A stretch of 63,484 bases of DNA, counting the filler, from Rhabdomonas costata (Eukaryota): assembly GCA_019059605.1 (NCBI GenBank). It is 46 parts of 46 records of this genome, joined end to end, with 100 filler letters (N's around TTAATTAATTAA, not from the genome) between each part and the next. Parts side by side here need not be neighbours in the genome. Positions count along the whole stretch, not along the records: positions 24,891 to 26,173 come from JAHMHO010020749.1; positions 26,274 to 27,555 come from JAHMHO010020750.1; positions 27,656 to 28,938 come from JAHMHO010020751.1; positions 29,039 to 30,321 come from JAHMHO010020752.1; positions 30,422 to 31,706 come from JAHMHO010020753.1; positions 31,807 to 33,089 come from JAHMHO010020754.1; positions 33,190 to 34,471 come from JAHMHO010020755.1; positions 34,572 to 35,853 come from JAHMHO010020756.1; 38 more parts are not named here. One strand, given 5' to 3'. The notes below the pieces were generated by a model. That model was not told the origin of the DNA. It saw only the letters and a program-made list of their open reading frames with translations, and did not search any database. Position numbers and translations under genes: made by a program. Positions 25,289 through 37,235 of the stretch are shown here, piece after piece (the stretch's first letter is position 1; every line of letters starts with the position of its first letter).

Positions 25289-26173
25289 GCGAACACGTCG
25301 CACAGGCGAGACAATGTAAAAACATCTAAAACCTGTGCCTTCACCGCCTCCGTCACCAGCACTGACGCCCTAATCGCCCGGCACCCCACCTTCTGCAGCG
25401 CAAGGGCCTCACTGACGGCCTCCCCGGCCACCACAAACCAGCTCAGCTCGCTGCTGCCCACCTTTCCACACCTCACCGCGGACCGCGCAATGCCCACCCG
25501 AGGGACACGACTCCCTCGTGGACTTAGAGGGCTGCACTCCCTTGGCGGGGTCTGGGCCGGGGTCGTATTTCCCAAAGAATCCAGCAGAGGAAGCTCCCCG
25601 GGCACCGCAAGGCTGTCAGCAGGCCGTGGAATGGAAGCGACGGGTTCCGAAGGGCCAACGCCAAAACGCCAATCCCACAGCACGGCCAGGGCGCAGCTCA
25701 CGGCGCGGTACTCAGGTTGGTCGCAGCAGCAAGGGACGTTCCACAGCGCAAACGCGGAGTCCCCAACCACCTTGTCCAGGAGTCCGTGCCACTTGCTGAC
25801 GTTGTCGTGCAGGATGCTGATGAACAGCCCATGGTGGCAAGTGGGCTCGCACAAATGCTGAAGTGAAAGGTACCCGAAAGTACAAGAGATAGGTGAACCC
25901 CGAGATACCTAACGATTCCCCAAAAACAACATCCATCCTTATTCCCGAACAATGCACACCTCGGCGATGTCAGTGCTGCTCGGCGGAGCGTCCGAGACAC
26001 CCAGATCGAAGCAGGCCACCGTCCCGAAGGTCGGAAGCTGTCCAGGATCCCCACGGCACAGGGGGCACCGCAGGCCCCACTCGGGCAGAAGTGGTGGACC
26101 CCAACCTCTCTCCTTTCCCACGGACCCGAATCCGGACCCCACCACAAGCCCAGCTATCGACCCAGCCAGAATT
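25289..26173 (-). CDS. Divergent class III cyclase homology domain (probable pseudo-cyclase), 2 exons
   Basis: Exon 26173-25960 (GTVACFDLG...DIAE) and exon 25857-25289 (GLLDKVVGDSAFALWNVP...RVGIARSAVRCGKVGS...VVAGEAVSEALALQK...SVLVTEAV) are joined by a 102-nt GT-AG intron. Confidence 0.85.
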
Positions 26174-29149
26174 NNNNNNNNNNNNNNNNNNNNNNNNNNN
26201 NNNNNNNNNNNNNNNNNTTAATTAATTAANNNNNNNNNNNNNNNNNNNNNNNNNNNNNNNNNNNNNNNNNNNNGGGTGTGGGGTTTGCGCTCCCTCTCTC
26301 TTTCGTCAGACCGTGGGTCTGTGGAAAGAAGGAAAGCCAAATGTGATGGTTCTGCTTTCGGCAATGCTGCGTTCCTTTGAAAGACAGCCTTGCCGCCTTT
26401 TAACTCGCTGACCTTCCGTTTTTTTAGAGCAAACTTGGGAATGAGTTGTATCCCATCCCGAGAAGTCTTTGGTTGTGGGACGCTTTTGTTTTCACTGCAG
26501 CCAGTTCAGTTTGTTCTTCTTCTTCTTCTTCTTCGTTCTATTTTTGTTTTACCAGAGGATGTCACATGCATCCCGTGTTTTAAAAGTCATCACTAACCCC
26601 TCCTGGTTTCACCTTCTTTCTTTTTTTCTCCTTTTTTCTTTCTTTTCTCCCAACAGCTGGTGTGTGTTGGTGAGGCCCCGTGTCTTTCTTTTCTACGGAG
26701 GGCGCTTTTTTTGGTTGTGTAATTCCGGAGTGAAAATGAAAAGGTGGCAAAGAGTTGATGTTTCCTTGTGTGCGCCAAAATTCATGTGCTTTTTTCTGGA
26801 GGGAGTTACGCTCTGCTGCTCAGCGCGTTCGGCTACTTTGCTCCCCACACCTTCACGGTTGCTTTTTCTTTTACTGCCTTCTTCTTAACCCTTTTGTACA
26901 TTCCTTATGACGCCCCGCTCCAAATGGCAATTGGGATGTGTTCACACCTCAATATTTTCTTTGGGGGAGTGGTGGTGGTGGTGGTGGTTGTTGTTTTTGT
27001 GACCTGCTGCAGATTTGTTCTTCTTCTCGTTCCACTGTTTGTGATGGATTGTTATTGTATTGAATTGTGCGCTTCCTTCTCTCGTCTTGCTCTGACTGTT
27101 CGGTACCAAAGGGTATTCGGGGTTGGGATGTCCGTCGCAGGCTTTTGGAATCGATGACAACGGGGACTGACGAGGAAAACCTTTTCCTTGCTATAAGAGG
27201 AATCTCCAAAAATTCCGAGCTGACCTCGTCCGTTCGTCGGCACTTTTCCCATAAGAAGTCGGGTTCGGGGAGTCCCTGTTGCAAAATGCCTTTACGGACC
27301 TTTTTGGTTCCTGTGAAAGTCCCTTACCACAGAGACAGAGGAATCTGGTAAGGCCTAAGGCCTTTTTGCCCTTACAGATGGACCATTTTGCCTTATGGCC
27401 TGCGTTATGAGTCTAAGCTCTCTGAAGCTGTTTTGTACAGAGATTGGAGGCCTTGTTGTTTCCACAGTGGCCTTTCAGGGGCCATTTTGGGCTTTTGCAG
27501 GCTGACCTACCTTCCTGCCTGGCACTGTTCCAGTGTTACCAGAAACGAGTGGCGCNNNNNNNNNNNNNNNNNNNNNNNNNNNNNNNNNNNNNNNNNNNNT
27601 TAATTAATTAANNNNNNNNNNNNNNNNNNNNNNNNNNNNNNNNNNNNNNNNNNNNGGGGGGGTTGCGGAATGGGAGTGAATTCCCTTGACGAACTTTGTC
27701 CGAGTTGTCGGAAGATTGGTTACCATGCCGATCAAATTGTTTTTGAGAGTGATCAAGAAGGCAATCCAAGCAGCGCAAAAGATGGCATAATTTCTAGCGA
27801 GCGTTAGGTCAAAATCAACACAGCGAGCAATAGCCATCTCAGAACTAATATAAGAAATAAAGCAGTCCACCGCAAAAACACAATGATAAAACCAAAGACA
27901 TATTCCAAGCGAAAACACACGCAGCATATGGAACCGAGCATAAAAGCAAGTGCAACGCACACAAAACACACTAAAAGGCGTTCGGAAATGAATTCCAGTG
28001 GTACACAAAATCTGGCAACACAAAAAGAAAAGACACAAATAAGAATAGCAGATAAAATTGTTGAAAAAACCTAGGAGCACATGAAACGCGTAACTTGACT
28101 TGAATAAAATCAAATTGCACAGATGAAGAGCAATAGTAGTTAAGTAATCAACCACCACCTCCTTTTCTCCTTATCACCTTGGCCTTGTACTCGAAGTTGT
28201 TGTTAGCAAGTGACCGGGACAGGGCAGGTACTTAAGAAGCCACACAACTACCAGACTGCAGGTAAAGCTCACATCGACACCTCAATGTGCTCGAGCAAGC
28301 CGGTTTTTTTTTAAAGGATCACCATGGTCATTTTGTATGCTCTAGTTTAGAGGTATTTCCATCCGGTGACAAATAGGTCTGAGGTCCGTATCAACAGCCA
28401 CATTGAAGCCACACTTATAGACACGTCATGGAGACTGATGTTATGGCGCTTGTCACTGAGTTGACATCGCCAGACGGCAATATCTGCGCATTCATCAGAC
28501 TGGATCAGCGAATAACGTGACGACCCAGAGTTGCGTAAATTATTCAAAAGCACCACGTTTCTCCTGCAGCTGGACATGGTGAAATTTTCTCGAACTTAGC
28601 CATTATCAAACGCCTCTACACCTTTCTTCACATCAAGCAAAGCATCCTCGAGTACGTCAAAACCCGTCACCAGTGCCACCTGAATCTACCGCGTGTTCTA
28701 CTTGAAGCTCTAAAGATACATAAACAGAAATGGCAATTTTTATTAATGAACTAGACAAATTGCATTAGCGCCAACTACCTGGCAACTATACGGCATTTGA
28801 CCAGATCATAACGGGCACATACAGTGGAACCAAATTGTTAATCTTATCTCATCAAAAAATGAAATGACAGCAGCCAATGGAGCACCATGAGCACAGTGTA
28901 AAAATACTTGGACATCAAATTTAAACTTTAAAACCAAANNNNNNNNNNNNNNNNNNNNNNNNNNNNNNNNNNNNNNNNNNNNTTAATTAATTAANNNNNN
29001 NNNNNNNNNNNNNNNNNNNNNNNNNNNNNNNNNNNNNNGGGGTGGGTGGACTAAGCACATATGAAACAAAGACGATAAAGCACAAAATTAAAGTAAAGAT
29101 TGAAACAGGATAGGAATGTGAGGGTGACAGAAATGGAATGGGTGGAGGA

Positions 29150-30321
29150 TAGTTCAAAGCCCATCGCCATCGGTGAGGCCCTCCGGCGGTTGGTCGGCAA
29201 ATGCATTCTGTCAAGTCGCCTATGTGAACTCATCCCTTACCCGCTGCAAGTGGGAGTAGGGGTCCCTGGTGCCTGTGAACTGCTCGTTCACACCGTTCGG
29301 GAATGGCACGCTCAGGCCCAGGAGGGCGAGTATGTGGTGCAACTAGACCTTCGCAATGTCTTTAACTCGCTCCATCGAGACCACATGCTTGCCCAGATGG
29401 CTCCCAGAGCTCCTGATCTTGCCAGGTGGGCGACGTGATGCTATGGAAGGCCAACTCCCTTGTTCTCTCCCGATGGCGTGCTGTGGTCAACACAAGGGGT
29501 CCAGCAAGGTGATCCTCTCGGCCCTGCCCTGTTTTCGCTCGGCGTCCACGACATCGCGGAAGAAATTCAACCGTTGGTTCGTTGGGAAGGGTTTTACATT
29601 TTACATGGACATTGGTCACTTGATTGGGCCGGAAAAGCAAGCTTGTGTGTTGATCAATTGTTCCACGTACCAACTCGATATGTCTTTGAACCCGCAAAAG
29701 TGTGTTGTCTGGAGTCCCGTGGAGGATCTTTCCTCCCCTCTCCTGAAGACATTTCGGCAGGTTTCGTTCGCGGAGGGACTGTGCATCCTGGGCTCTTTCG
29801 TGGGTCCTTCAGAGGCCTTCGGAGAGTAGGCGGCAAAGCTCACTGAGAAGCTTCATTACTACACCGAGCGTTTGTTGGCTCTGGATTGCCCTCAAGCAGC
29901 CCTCCAGCTTCTACGCAGCTGCCTTTGGAGCATGCAAGGTCGTTTATGCCTCCAGGACGATTCCTCCGGCGATGATGCAGCCCGTTTTGGATGAGGTGAC
30001 GGCTTTTGTGCGGTCGACGTTGGAACAGCTCTTGGATACTCATTTGGATGAAAGTCAGTGGATTCAGGCTTGCATCCCCATCTCTTCTGGCGGCCCCCTC
30101 CAGCATGGGTACCCCTGCGTTCCTGTCTTCGGCCCTGCGCTACGTTCACGATGCCCAAACGGTTGATCTAACAGCTCCTCTGGCAGGCCCCCTGCCCGTT
30201 GGTTTGGCCGATGCTATGCATGCCATTGACAACCTTCCTGGGCACTCCTCTGATCATCTCCGTCTGTGTCTGCAAACGGGATCGCTGGACCTTCCTGCTG
30301 CCTCGTTGAAAAACCACACAC
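29150..30321 (+). mobile_element. Decayed non-LTR retrotransposon reverse transcriptase, CRE/SLACS-like clade
   Basis: PIAIGEALRRLVGK, QVGVGVPGACELLVH, LDLRNVFNSLHR, GVQQGDPLGPALFSL and a degenerate FYMDIG (YLDD). There are in-frame stops (e.g. 29436-29438) and several frameshifts. Confidence 0.9.
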
Positions 30322-31376
30322 NNNNNNNNNNNNNNNNNNNNNNNNNNNNNNNNNNNNNNNNNNNNTTAATTAATTAANNNNNNNNNNNNNNNNNNNNNNN
30401 NNNNNNNNNNNNNNNNNNNNNGCCATGGAAAGGGATGACAGAAGAATGCCCCGTCTTTGTGGGAGAGAGAAATAGACCTGTCTCAGTCATCATTTTAAGT
30501 CTTAAGTCTCACGACTGCTCGAGAATCCGTCATCTTCAGGCAACCTATGTACCGAACACCTGGTTGGGGTGGGGCCAGAGTTGCCTCAGTCTAACGCCCA
30601 GTGGTACCGTGATATAGATTCGAGCCGACTTCGGTGCCTTACAGTATCCGAACCAGTGTTCTCCCTTCGCACCGAGCTCAGGGTGTGTGTGTGTGTGTGT
30701 GTGTGTGTGGTGTGGACCTCAAGGGGAATATCCGGAATATCCCCCAAAGACAGTTTTCCTTTAAGGCCATGATTTTCCGAAACCCGAAACTGTCCGGGGA
30801 AGCCATGTGAGCCCACCCAAGTGAAGCGGAGATGGTGTGCACTTTGAAATTTCGCCATGTTGACTCAAGCATCTTGACTCAACCGTCCCCCCCGTCCATC
30901 TTCACCCATCCGTCGCGCCCCCTCCGGAAACAATTTTACACGCGTGGGTGCTGCCGATATACCCTCTGCTGCGCTTGGGAAAGAAGCGGTACATGATACG
31001 AATAAAAAGAGGAGCCGCCAAAGGGCAACGGGCCAATGGGCGCCGGCCACGAGTGTTTCGGGAGCCCAAATGTACACAAAAAAGACCCTGTCCCTTAGCA
31101 AAGCATTTTATTCTTTCGTCAGCGCATCTGCCCAGAAATGCAGTCTAGCGAATGCACTTTGGTGTTTTCTGCGGCATCTTGTGGGGGGGGGGGGTAGTGC
31201 AGATGGCGATGGTTTTTGTGCATGTATCTATCAGGAGAGTTACACGGCAAGCTTGAAGGTCGAAAGGAGCTGAAGAGCAGAAAAAAGGATTCCCACATGC
31301 ATTTTACCTCTTGGCGAACTGAATCACCTCTTTTCTCGTGGGTCTCGATGGGTTCGCATTTGGGGGATGCCCCTAG

Positions 31377-31603
31377 GACGTGACGATGACCCTCCATGCC
31401 TCCATCATGCGAAGCACCCACAGCGCGTTCATGGAAGTGATTCAGCCCTGCGAGGACCTGGTCCTCATCCAGTCTTACCGCCTCAAGGGCCACGGGCTGC
31501 TCGACCTGCCCTGGTCCACCGCCATCCTGAACGTCAGCCGTGTCACGGAGGTGCTGGACATGTTCTACCACCTGCGGGGCAGCAAGTACCTCTCCTCCTT
31601 GCA
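31377..31603 (+). CDS. Hypothetical protein exon
   Basis: TAG acceptor and GTACGT donor with very high GC3: DVTMTLHASIMRSTHSAFMEVIQPCEDLVLIQSYRLKGHG...YLSSL. Confidence 0.6.
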
Positions 31604-32338
31604 GTACGTGCTGTTGTACCATCCGACACTGAGGTTGCACCCTTCGATCCCACTTACCCCTCCTTCGCGACGACCACAATCATGGTGGAACCCCTTCGGG
31701 CGTCAGNNNNNNNNNNNNNNNNNNNNNNNNNNNNNNNNNNNNNNNNNNNNTTAATTAATTAANNNNNNNNNNNNNNNNNNNNNNNNNNNNNNNNNNNNNN
31801 NNNNNNTTGTGTGGGGAAAGAAAAAGCAATGGCACGGGGCTTCACTTGTCGCTGAGTAGAAGCAAATGGAGGTCTCAGGTCATTTCTTGGGAGTGCTCTG
31901 ATTCCGCTGGCCTGGGTAAAGGTCCTTGCTCCCGCAACGGTAATTGTACGACTTGATGGCTCTTGAAACGGAGCGGACAACCCGACAGGAAGAATCTGGA
32001 GGACCACAATTGGAGGTGGGAGATGGAAACTCGTTGCACCATCATTGCAAGATTTCCAGCAAAAACAAAAACACCCGATGAAAGGCGGGTACCAGGTGGA
32101 CCACACTACCGCGTCAGAAACGAAAATCAGGGTCAGGATAACTTGAAACACGAGAGCATGACGCGCTTGAACTCTTGGAACAACAACTAGAGAGACCCCT
32201 GTAGAGAGCATTTCCCTTGTCGTATTCCGAGGGGGTGCATCCCTATGCAGGGGTGCGCCATTTTTAGAGAAGTGAAAATAAAGACAGCAACTAGTGTGGG
32301 AAGGCTAGTGGGAAGGCAAGGCGGAGGTGTAAGGGTAC

Positions 32339-32872
32339 CTTGTGCGTGGCCAGCTCGACGACGTGATCCTGCAGCTGCTCCGCCAGCTTAATCCGAAGAG
32401 ACTCGTCCGCCACGTCGATGGCCTTCTGCACCACAAAACTGCTGAAGGTCTCCGTGGCAAGGTTGACCAGCTGAGGCACCATTTCCTCGACTGCACCCCC
32501 CACCCCGAAAACACTCAACACCCTCACAGGAAGGAGAAACCAGAAGTCAGAGAGGTTGCTTATTGTTATTTTGAAATGAGTTCTGCAGGATGCGTGCAGA
32601 GTTTCTGGCCTGCCATTGGATCGGTGGTGAAAGAGAAATGACACACATCCTGGGGGCCCGCGCTCGGGCCTGTATGACAGTTCACGTCCAATTTCATTCA
32701 AGAACTCACTAGGAACCTGACCCAACGGGGCCACTGCTGAACTCAAGGCAACACTATGATCCCTCGAAGCTTTCCCTCATTCCATCCCCGCGCACGCGCG
32801 TCGATACCCACGGTGGAGAGGTGGGCGGGCTCGCCGCACTCTAGCAGCTGCATCACGACATAGCTGCCATAC
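32339..32872 (-). CDS. Pumilio/PUF-repeat RNA-binding protein, partial (2 exons)
   Basis: Exons 32872-32808 and 32490-32339 join in phase 1: YGSYVVMQLLECGEPAHLSTVVEEMVPQLVNLATETFSSFVVQKAIDVADESLRIKLAEQLQDHVVELATHK, with 36-aa periodicity. Confidence 0.9.
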
Positions 32873-33815
32873 CTGAGCCCCCCGCCCACTGAAAAAAAAC
32901 GTCACATACGTAAAGCCCCACACCAAAGACCGATGAGCAGAAAAGGCAGGTGCTATTGCCCAAAGAGACTGGGCGCAAACAAACCAGCAACCAGCGAGAG
33001 TGCACATCACTGCCAAAATACTGGACAGGAATACATAGAACAAACAAACACACACACACACACACACACACACGCAAAAACACCGGTTGNNNNNNNNNNN
33101 NNNNNNNNNNNNNNNNNNNNNNNNNNNNNNNNNTTAATTAATTAANNNNNNNNNNNNNNNNNNNNNNNNNNNNNNNNNNNNNNNNNNNNCCTTCCTTCTC
33201 GTTTTTGGGTGCGGGATCATTCCTTGTGCTCCTTACTTTTTCTGCCACCTGTTATTTGTGTGTGTGTGTGCGGTGGGGGGGAGGTGAAGAAGGGAAGATT
33301 GAGACGAATTGAACGAACTACAATATGCCCGCTCAAGAACAACCCCAGCACCTGTGCACTGCTACTTGGGATTCCTGATGTAGGGTGGTAAATGCTCACC
33401 TTCAATGATAAACAAAGTCTAGAAGCGGATACCCAGAAAAGGTCTTGCAGCGAAGCTGACTCACAAAGGGAAGGACTCACACACAAGCAAAAACCGAGTG
33501 CCGCGAGAGAAATCATAAGCCTGAAAAATATGTGTTCTAATGGGCACGCCAAAAATGGAATGCATCCTCCTTCTTCCCACGGCGTCCACAATGGGAGTAC
33601 ACTCGTTCTTGGAGGCCAGGGCACCTTTCCTCTGCCCTTGGCTCATGCTCGTTCACTATCACTTCTCCCACAGTCCCGTCCCGTCCCCTCCACCTTGTCC
33701 CTCAACCACATGCTTTGGAGCCTGCGCCCCACTGCGCCTGGGGTGTAGCGTTCACCGAGGTTCCCCAGACTATTCTTGAAACAAAAGGGGGTTTGCAGGG
33801 GGAGGAGGGATTCAC

Positions 33816-34094
33816 CTCGCAGAGCTCCTCGAGCTGTGCCGTGAGGGAGGAGACCTGCTTCTCCTTCTCAGGGATCTCCTCCAGCCTGGTCGTCAGCTCG
33901 GCGACCTGCTGTTCCAACGCGGGAACCCTGTCCAGCTCCACCGTCATGGCCTCCACCTGGGCGCTCAGCGCAGAGAGCTGCTGCTCCTTCGCCGGAAGCT
34001 CCTCCAGCAGGGCCTGGGCCTCCGCGAACTGCTCCTCGGACTCCTCAATCCGGCGCTTCAGGAGGGTGCAGTTGTGGTCGGCGGTGTGCAGGGC
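33816..34094 (-). CDS. Coiled-coil protein exon with a 17-aa repeat
   Basis: A 279-nt AG/GT exon containing LEELPAKEQQLSALSAQ, LDRVPALEQQVAELTTR and LEEIPEKEKQVSSLTAQ. Confidence 0.7.
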
Positions 34095-34895
34095 CTGTGA
34101 TTTTTTGGTGCAGGTGGAGGAGGAGATCCACGGCAAAGGCACCAGAACATTCGCAGCCCCAACCCCGGTCCCACCGCCCACGGCACCACCGGGAAGGAAA
34201 TACTCAGGTTAACTGCGGCACGAAATAGGGGAATGCAGGCTGGACCTCTTTTAGATTCAAATCGTCTGCACATCGTCTGCACATCTTGACAAAAAAACAA
34301 TGTGGTGACTCTCAGTCCTGCTTGCATCACTGGGCCACACGGCCACTGAGAAGGGGAAGAACGGACTGAGTGCGTCAATATCGAACGCGCTTTTTTTCCT
34401 AGGAACGACAACGCAAAAAGCCTTGCAGTCCACTAGCTTTCCACCAAGGGAGAGCATTACCCAAGGCTTCANNNNNNNNNNNNNNNNNNNNNNNNNNNNN
34501 NNNNNNNNNNNNNNNTTAATTAATTAANNNNNNNNNNNNNNNNNNNNNNNNNNNNNNNNNNNNNNNNNNNNGTTTTGGTGTACGACTTGAGACTCACGCC
34601 CAGATTTGTAAAAAAGTTTAATGGAGTGGATTCCCTGAATTTCGCGTATCTCACCGGGTCACTGGTCTCTCGTGGGCACGTTGGCATCCAAGTTGATCTG
34701 GTAAACATCCCTTCTAAACGTTTGCAGGGTTCACACCAGGGTCTGGAGACATCGATGGATGCATTTGTTGTAGCGTTGTTGGGGACCTAGATGGATGCCG
34801 CGTGATTTTCATCCCACCCTTCTTCGGTCTATGCTTCCCTCCCGGTTGTCGGCGCGTTTGTCCGCAAACGTGGACGAATCTCTTGGGTTTTTTAG

Positions 34896-35265
34896 ACATC
34901 AACGCGAGCACCTGCGGGCCCGAGGGTTCCCCTTCAGCCGCTTCAGCCGCCGGAGCTTCGCCCTGCTCCTCGTCTGCCAGTTTGGCGGGGGCTTTGAGCT
35001 CACGGCGGGGCTCCGCTGACACGGGCCCGCCCCCGGGTCCCTCGGCGTGTCTGGTGGCGCGGCGGATCTTGGAGCTGTTCACGCCCCAGGAGGATGTGAT
35101 GTACCGGTTTGTAGCGCTGCAGGACCTGACTCATGGGCTGGTCCGCCCCTGTGTGGTGGACCTGAAGATGGGCCGCACTCAGTACGAGGTTGGGGCCTCC
35201 CAGAGCAAGGTGCGCTCTAAGGAGCGCAAGGCCCTCCAGAGCACCTCCAAGAACCTGTACTTCAG
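34896..35265 (+). CDS. Inositol polyphosphate kinase (IPK superfamily) exon
   Basis: FVALQDLTHGLVRPCVVDLKMGRTQY...STSKNLYFR contains the PxxxDxKxG signature and the S-x3-FR motif. Confidence 0.9.
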
Positions 35266-36102
35266 GCATGTGTGCCTCCCCAGTTTTTCTATTTGCGTGC
35301 ATGCCTCCCATCGGTGGGCACACGCGCACACGCATACAATTAGCCCGCCACAACAGCAGCGGAACAGCAGCAGTCATCCATCCCAACGTCACAAGTGGGA
35401 TCTTTGGATTGATGTTTGTTTTTCATGCGTGGCTTCGCTTCTCTCCTCCACGGGTCCAGTGGACGGTGTGTTCGGGGCTGATCCTCCTTTGGATCGCGAT
35501 CATGGTTGGTATCTGTCACAACTGTCGTAATGCTAAACTCTCACCTCACACTATGGAGTCTTGTAATGAACTCCACCCCTCCTTTGTTTCTGCCTTCCGA
35601 GACCCTTCAGAGTGAAGATCCGACGGCATGGCAATGGCAAACCCCCCTCTCCATCCATTGCGAACGTCCTTCACGTTGCTTTTCCATCAGCTTCCTTAGT
35701 GCAGCATTCCAAGCAGCTTCTTTCTCTGCCGTCGATCCCGCCACCTTTCTGTCGTGCCATCGCGCGCAACTTGCGTTCCACATACCCTCGCGCATTCACT
35801 TGCGCACTCGTGCGTGGTCGTGGCTCGTTTGCTTCCTGCATTTTCCCCCCCCCNNNNNNNNNNNNNNNNNNNNNNNNNNNNNNNNNNNNNNNNNNNNTTA
35901 ATTAATTAANNNNNNNNNNNNNNNNNNNNNNNNNNNNNNNNNNNNNNNNNNNNTTTATGTTGTTTGTAAACTGTCCTGTTTCGCTTGGATCTTGAACCTT
36001 CCCGCTGCGCTTCGCGGTTCAAGACAACCAGCGCGAGAAATCCGGGGCACGTGTACATACCCGGAAGTGAAATATACAAAAACGTTGATTTTTTAAAATG
36101 CC

Positions 36103-36775
36103 AAAATTGCCGAATACCGAAAATCCACACCCAGTCTGTGCATCATAAGTATAGAACACCAAATATGCGCCAATTAGAGCAGAAAGAGCGAAGAAAAACG
36201 GATTCGACTACTGCGAGATTTGACACCAAAAGTCGATTTTTGGCCCAAAATTGCATTCTATGGAAAGATTTCACTCTTTGAAAAACGCGACCCTTACCAT
36301 CACCGCAAGAGTACCTTTGGAGGAGTGTTTGAGGCGGAAAAAGAGGTTTTCGTGCATCAATGCTGGTCATTACGTCAGCAGAGATACAAATCTGATGCAC
36401 GCGACCATGCTGGTTACACGAACATGTGCCCAAAAACATGGCTCCTGGAGAAAATTGACGTTTTCCCATACAAATGCCATAGATCCAAAAATGGCAAAAC
36501 AAAAAAAAACGAGAATTTTTCAAAAATTGCCGAATACCAAAAATCCACACCCAGTGGGTGTAGCATCCATAAATTGGCCTAAATCAGCGCCAGTTAACGC
36601 AAAAAGAACGAAGAAAAACGGATTCGACTACTTCGAGATATGACACCAAAAGTCGATTTTTCTTTGGGCCAGGATTGCCTTCTATGGAAAACTTTAATTT
36701 TTTAAAATGCCTTTGTAACCCTTACCGTGAGTACCTCGTGAGAGTTTGTGAAACAAAAAGCAGTTTTCCTGCATC
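36103..36775 (+). repeat. Diverged tandem duplication, period about 420 nt
   Basis: AAAATTGCCGAATACC.AAAATCCACACCCAGT at 36103 and 36523, with GAAGAAAAACGGATTCGACTACT.CGAGAT.TGACACCAAAAGTCGATTTT in both copies. Confidence 0.9.
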
Positions 36776-37079
36776 TCTGCTATGTGTGTATTTTGGGAGA
36801 CAGTGAAAGAACGCACGAAATTGCCTTAGATGAACAAATAAAGGCAAAAACATTGCTGTTAGACGAAATTGACCTGCCCATTCTATTTATTTTTTTGGCA
36901 TAAATCTGTTGTGTTAGCAGTGGTGCGACGGTCTCAGTTCGCACCAGAAACCGATAAAACAATGCATGTCCAGGTTTCACCAAATCCTTTTGGCTTAAGA
37001 AGCAATCTGTGGACCAGACACAGCCAGTAGTACAGGAAGCAGGAGCAGTCCGTAGCATGTGAGTTCACACCACTCCTCC

Positions 37080-37235
37080 TCACTTTGCATTGGCATTGGC
37101 AGGTTCTGTCTTCGGCTTCTTCTTCTTGATGATGATCTTGGTGATGTTCGGCGGAATCGAATTTTGGATCTTCTGCACCTTCTTCTTGTCCTTCACCACC
37201 AGCGTGGCCAGGTACCTCTTTCTGCGAACCTTTAA
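37080..37235 (-). CDS. RPL38: 60S ribosomal protein eL38, C-terminal part
   Basis: LKVRRKRYLATLVVKDKKKVQKIQNSIPPNITKIIIKKKKPKTEPANANAK* compared with the eL38 consensus FKVRCSRYLYTLV..D..KA.KL.QSLPP. Confidence 0.85.
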   Translation of the reverse strand, partial: LKVRRKRYLATLVVKDKKKVQKIQNSIPPNITKIIIKKKKPKTEPANANAK

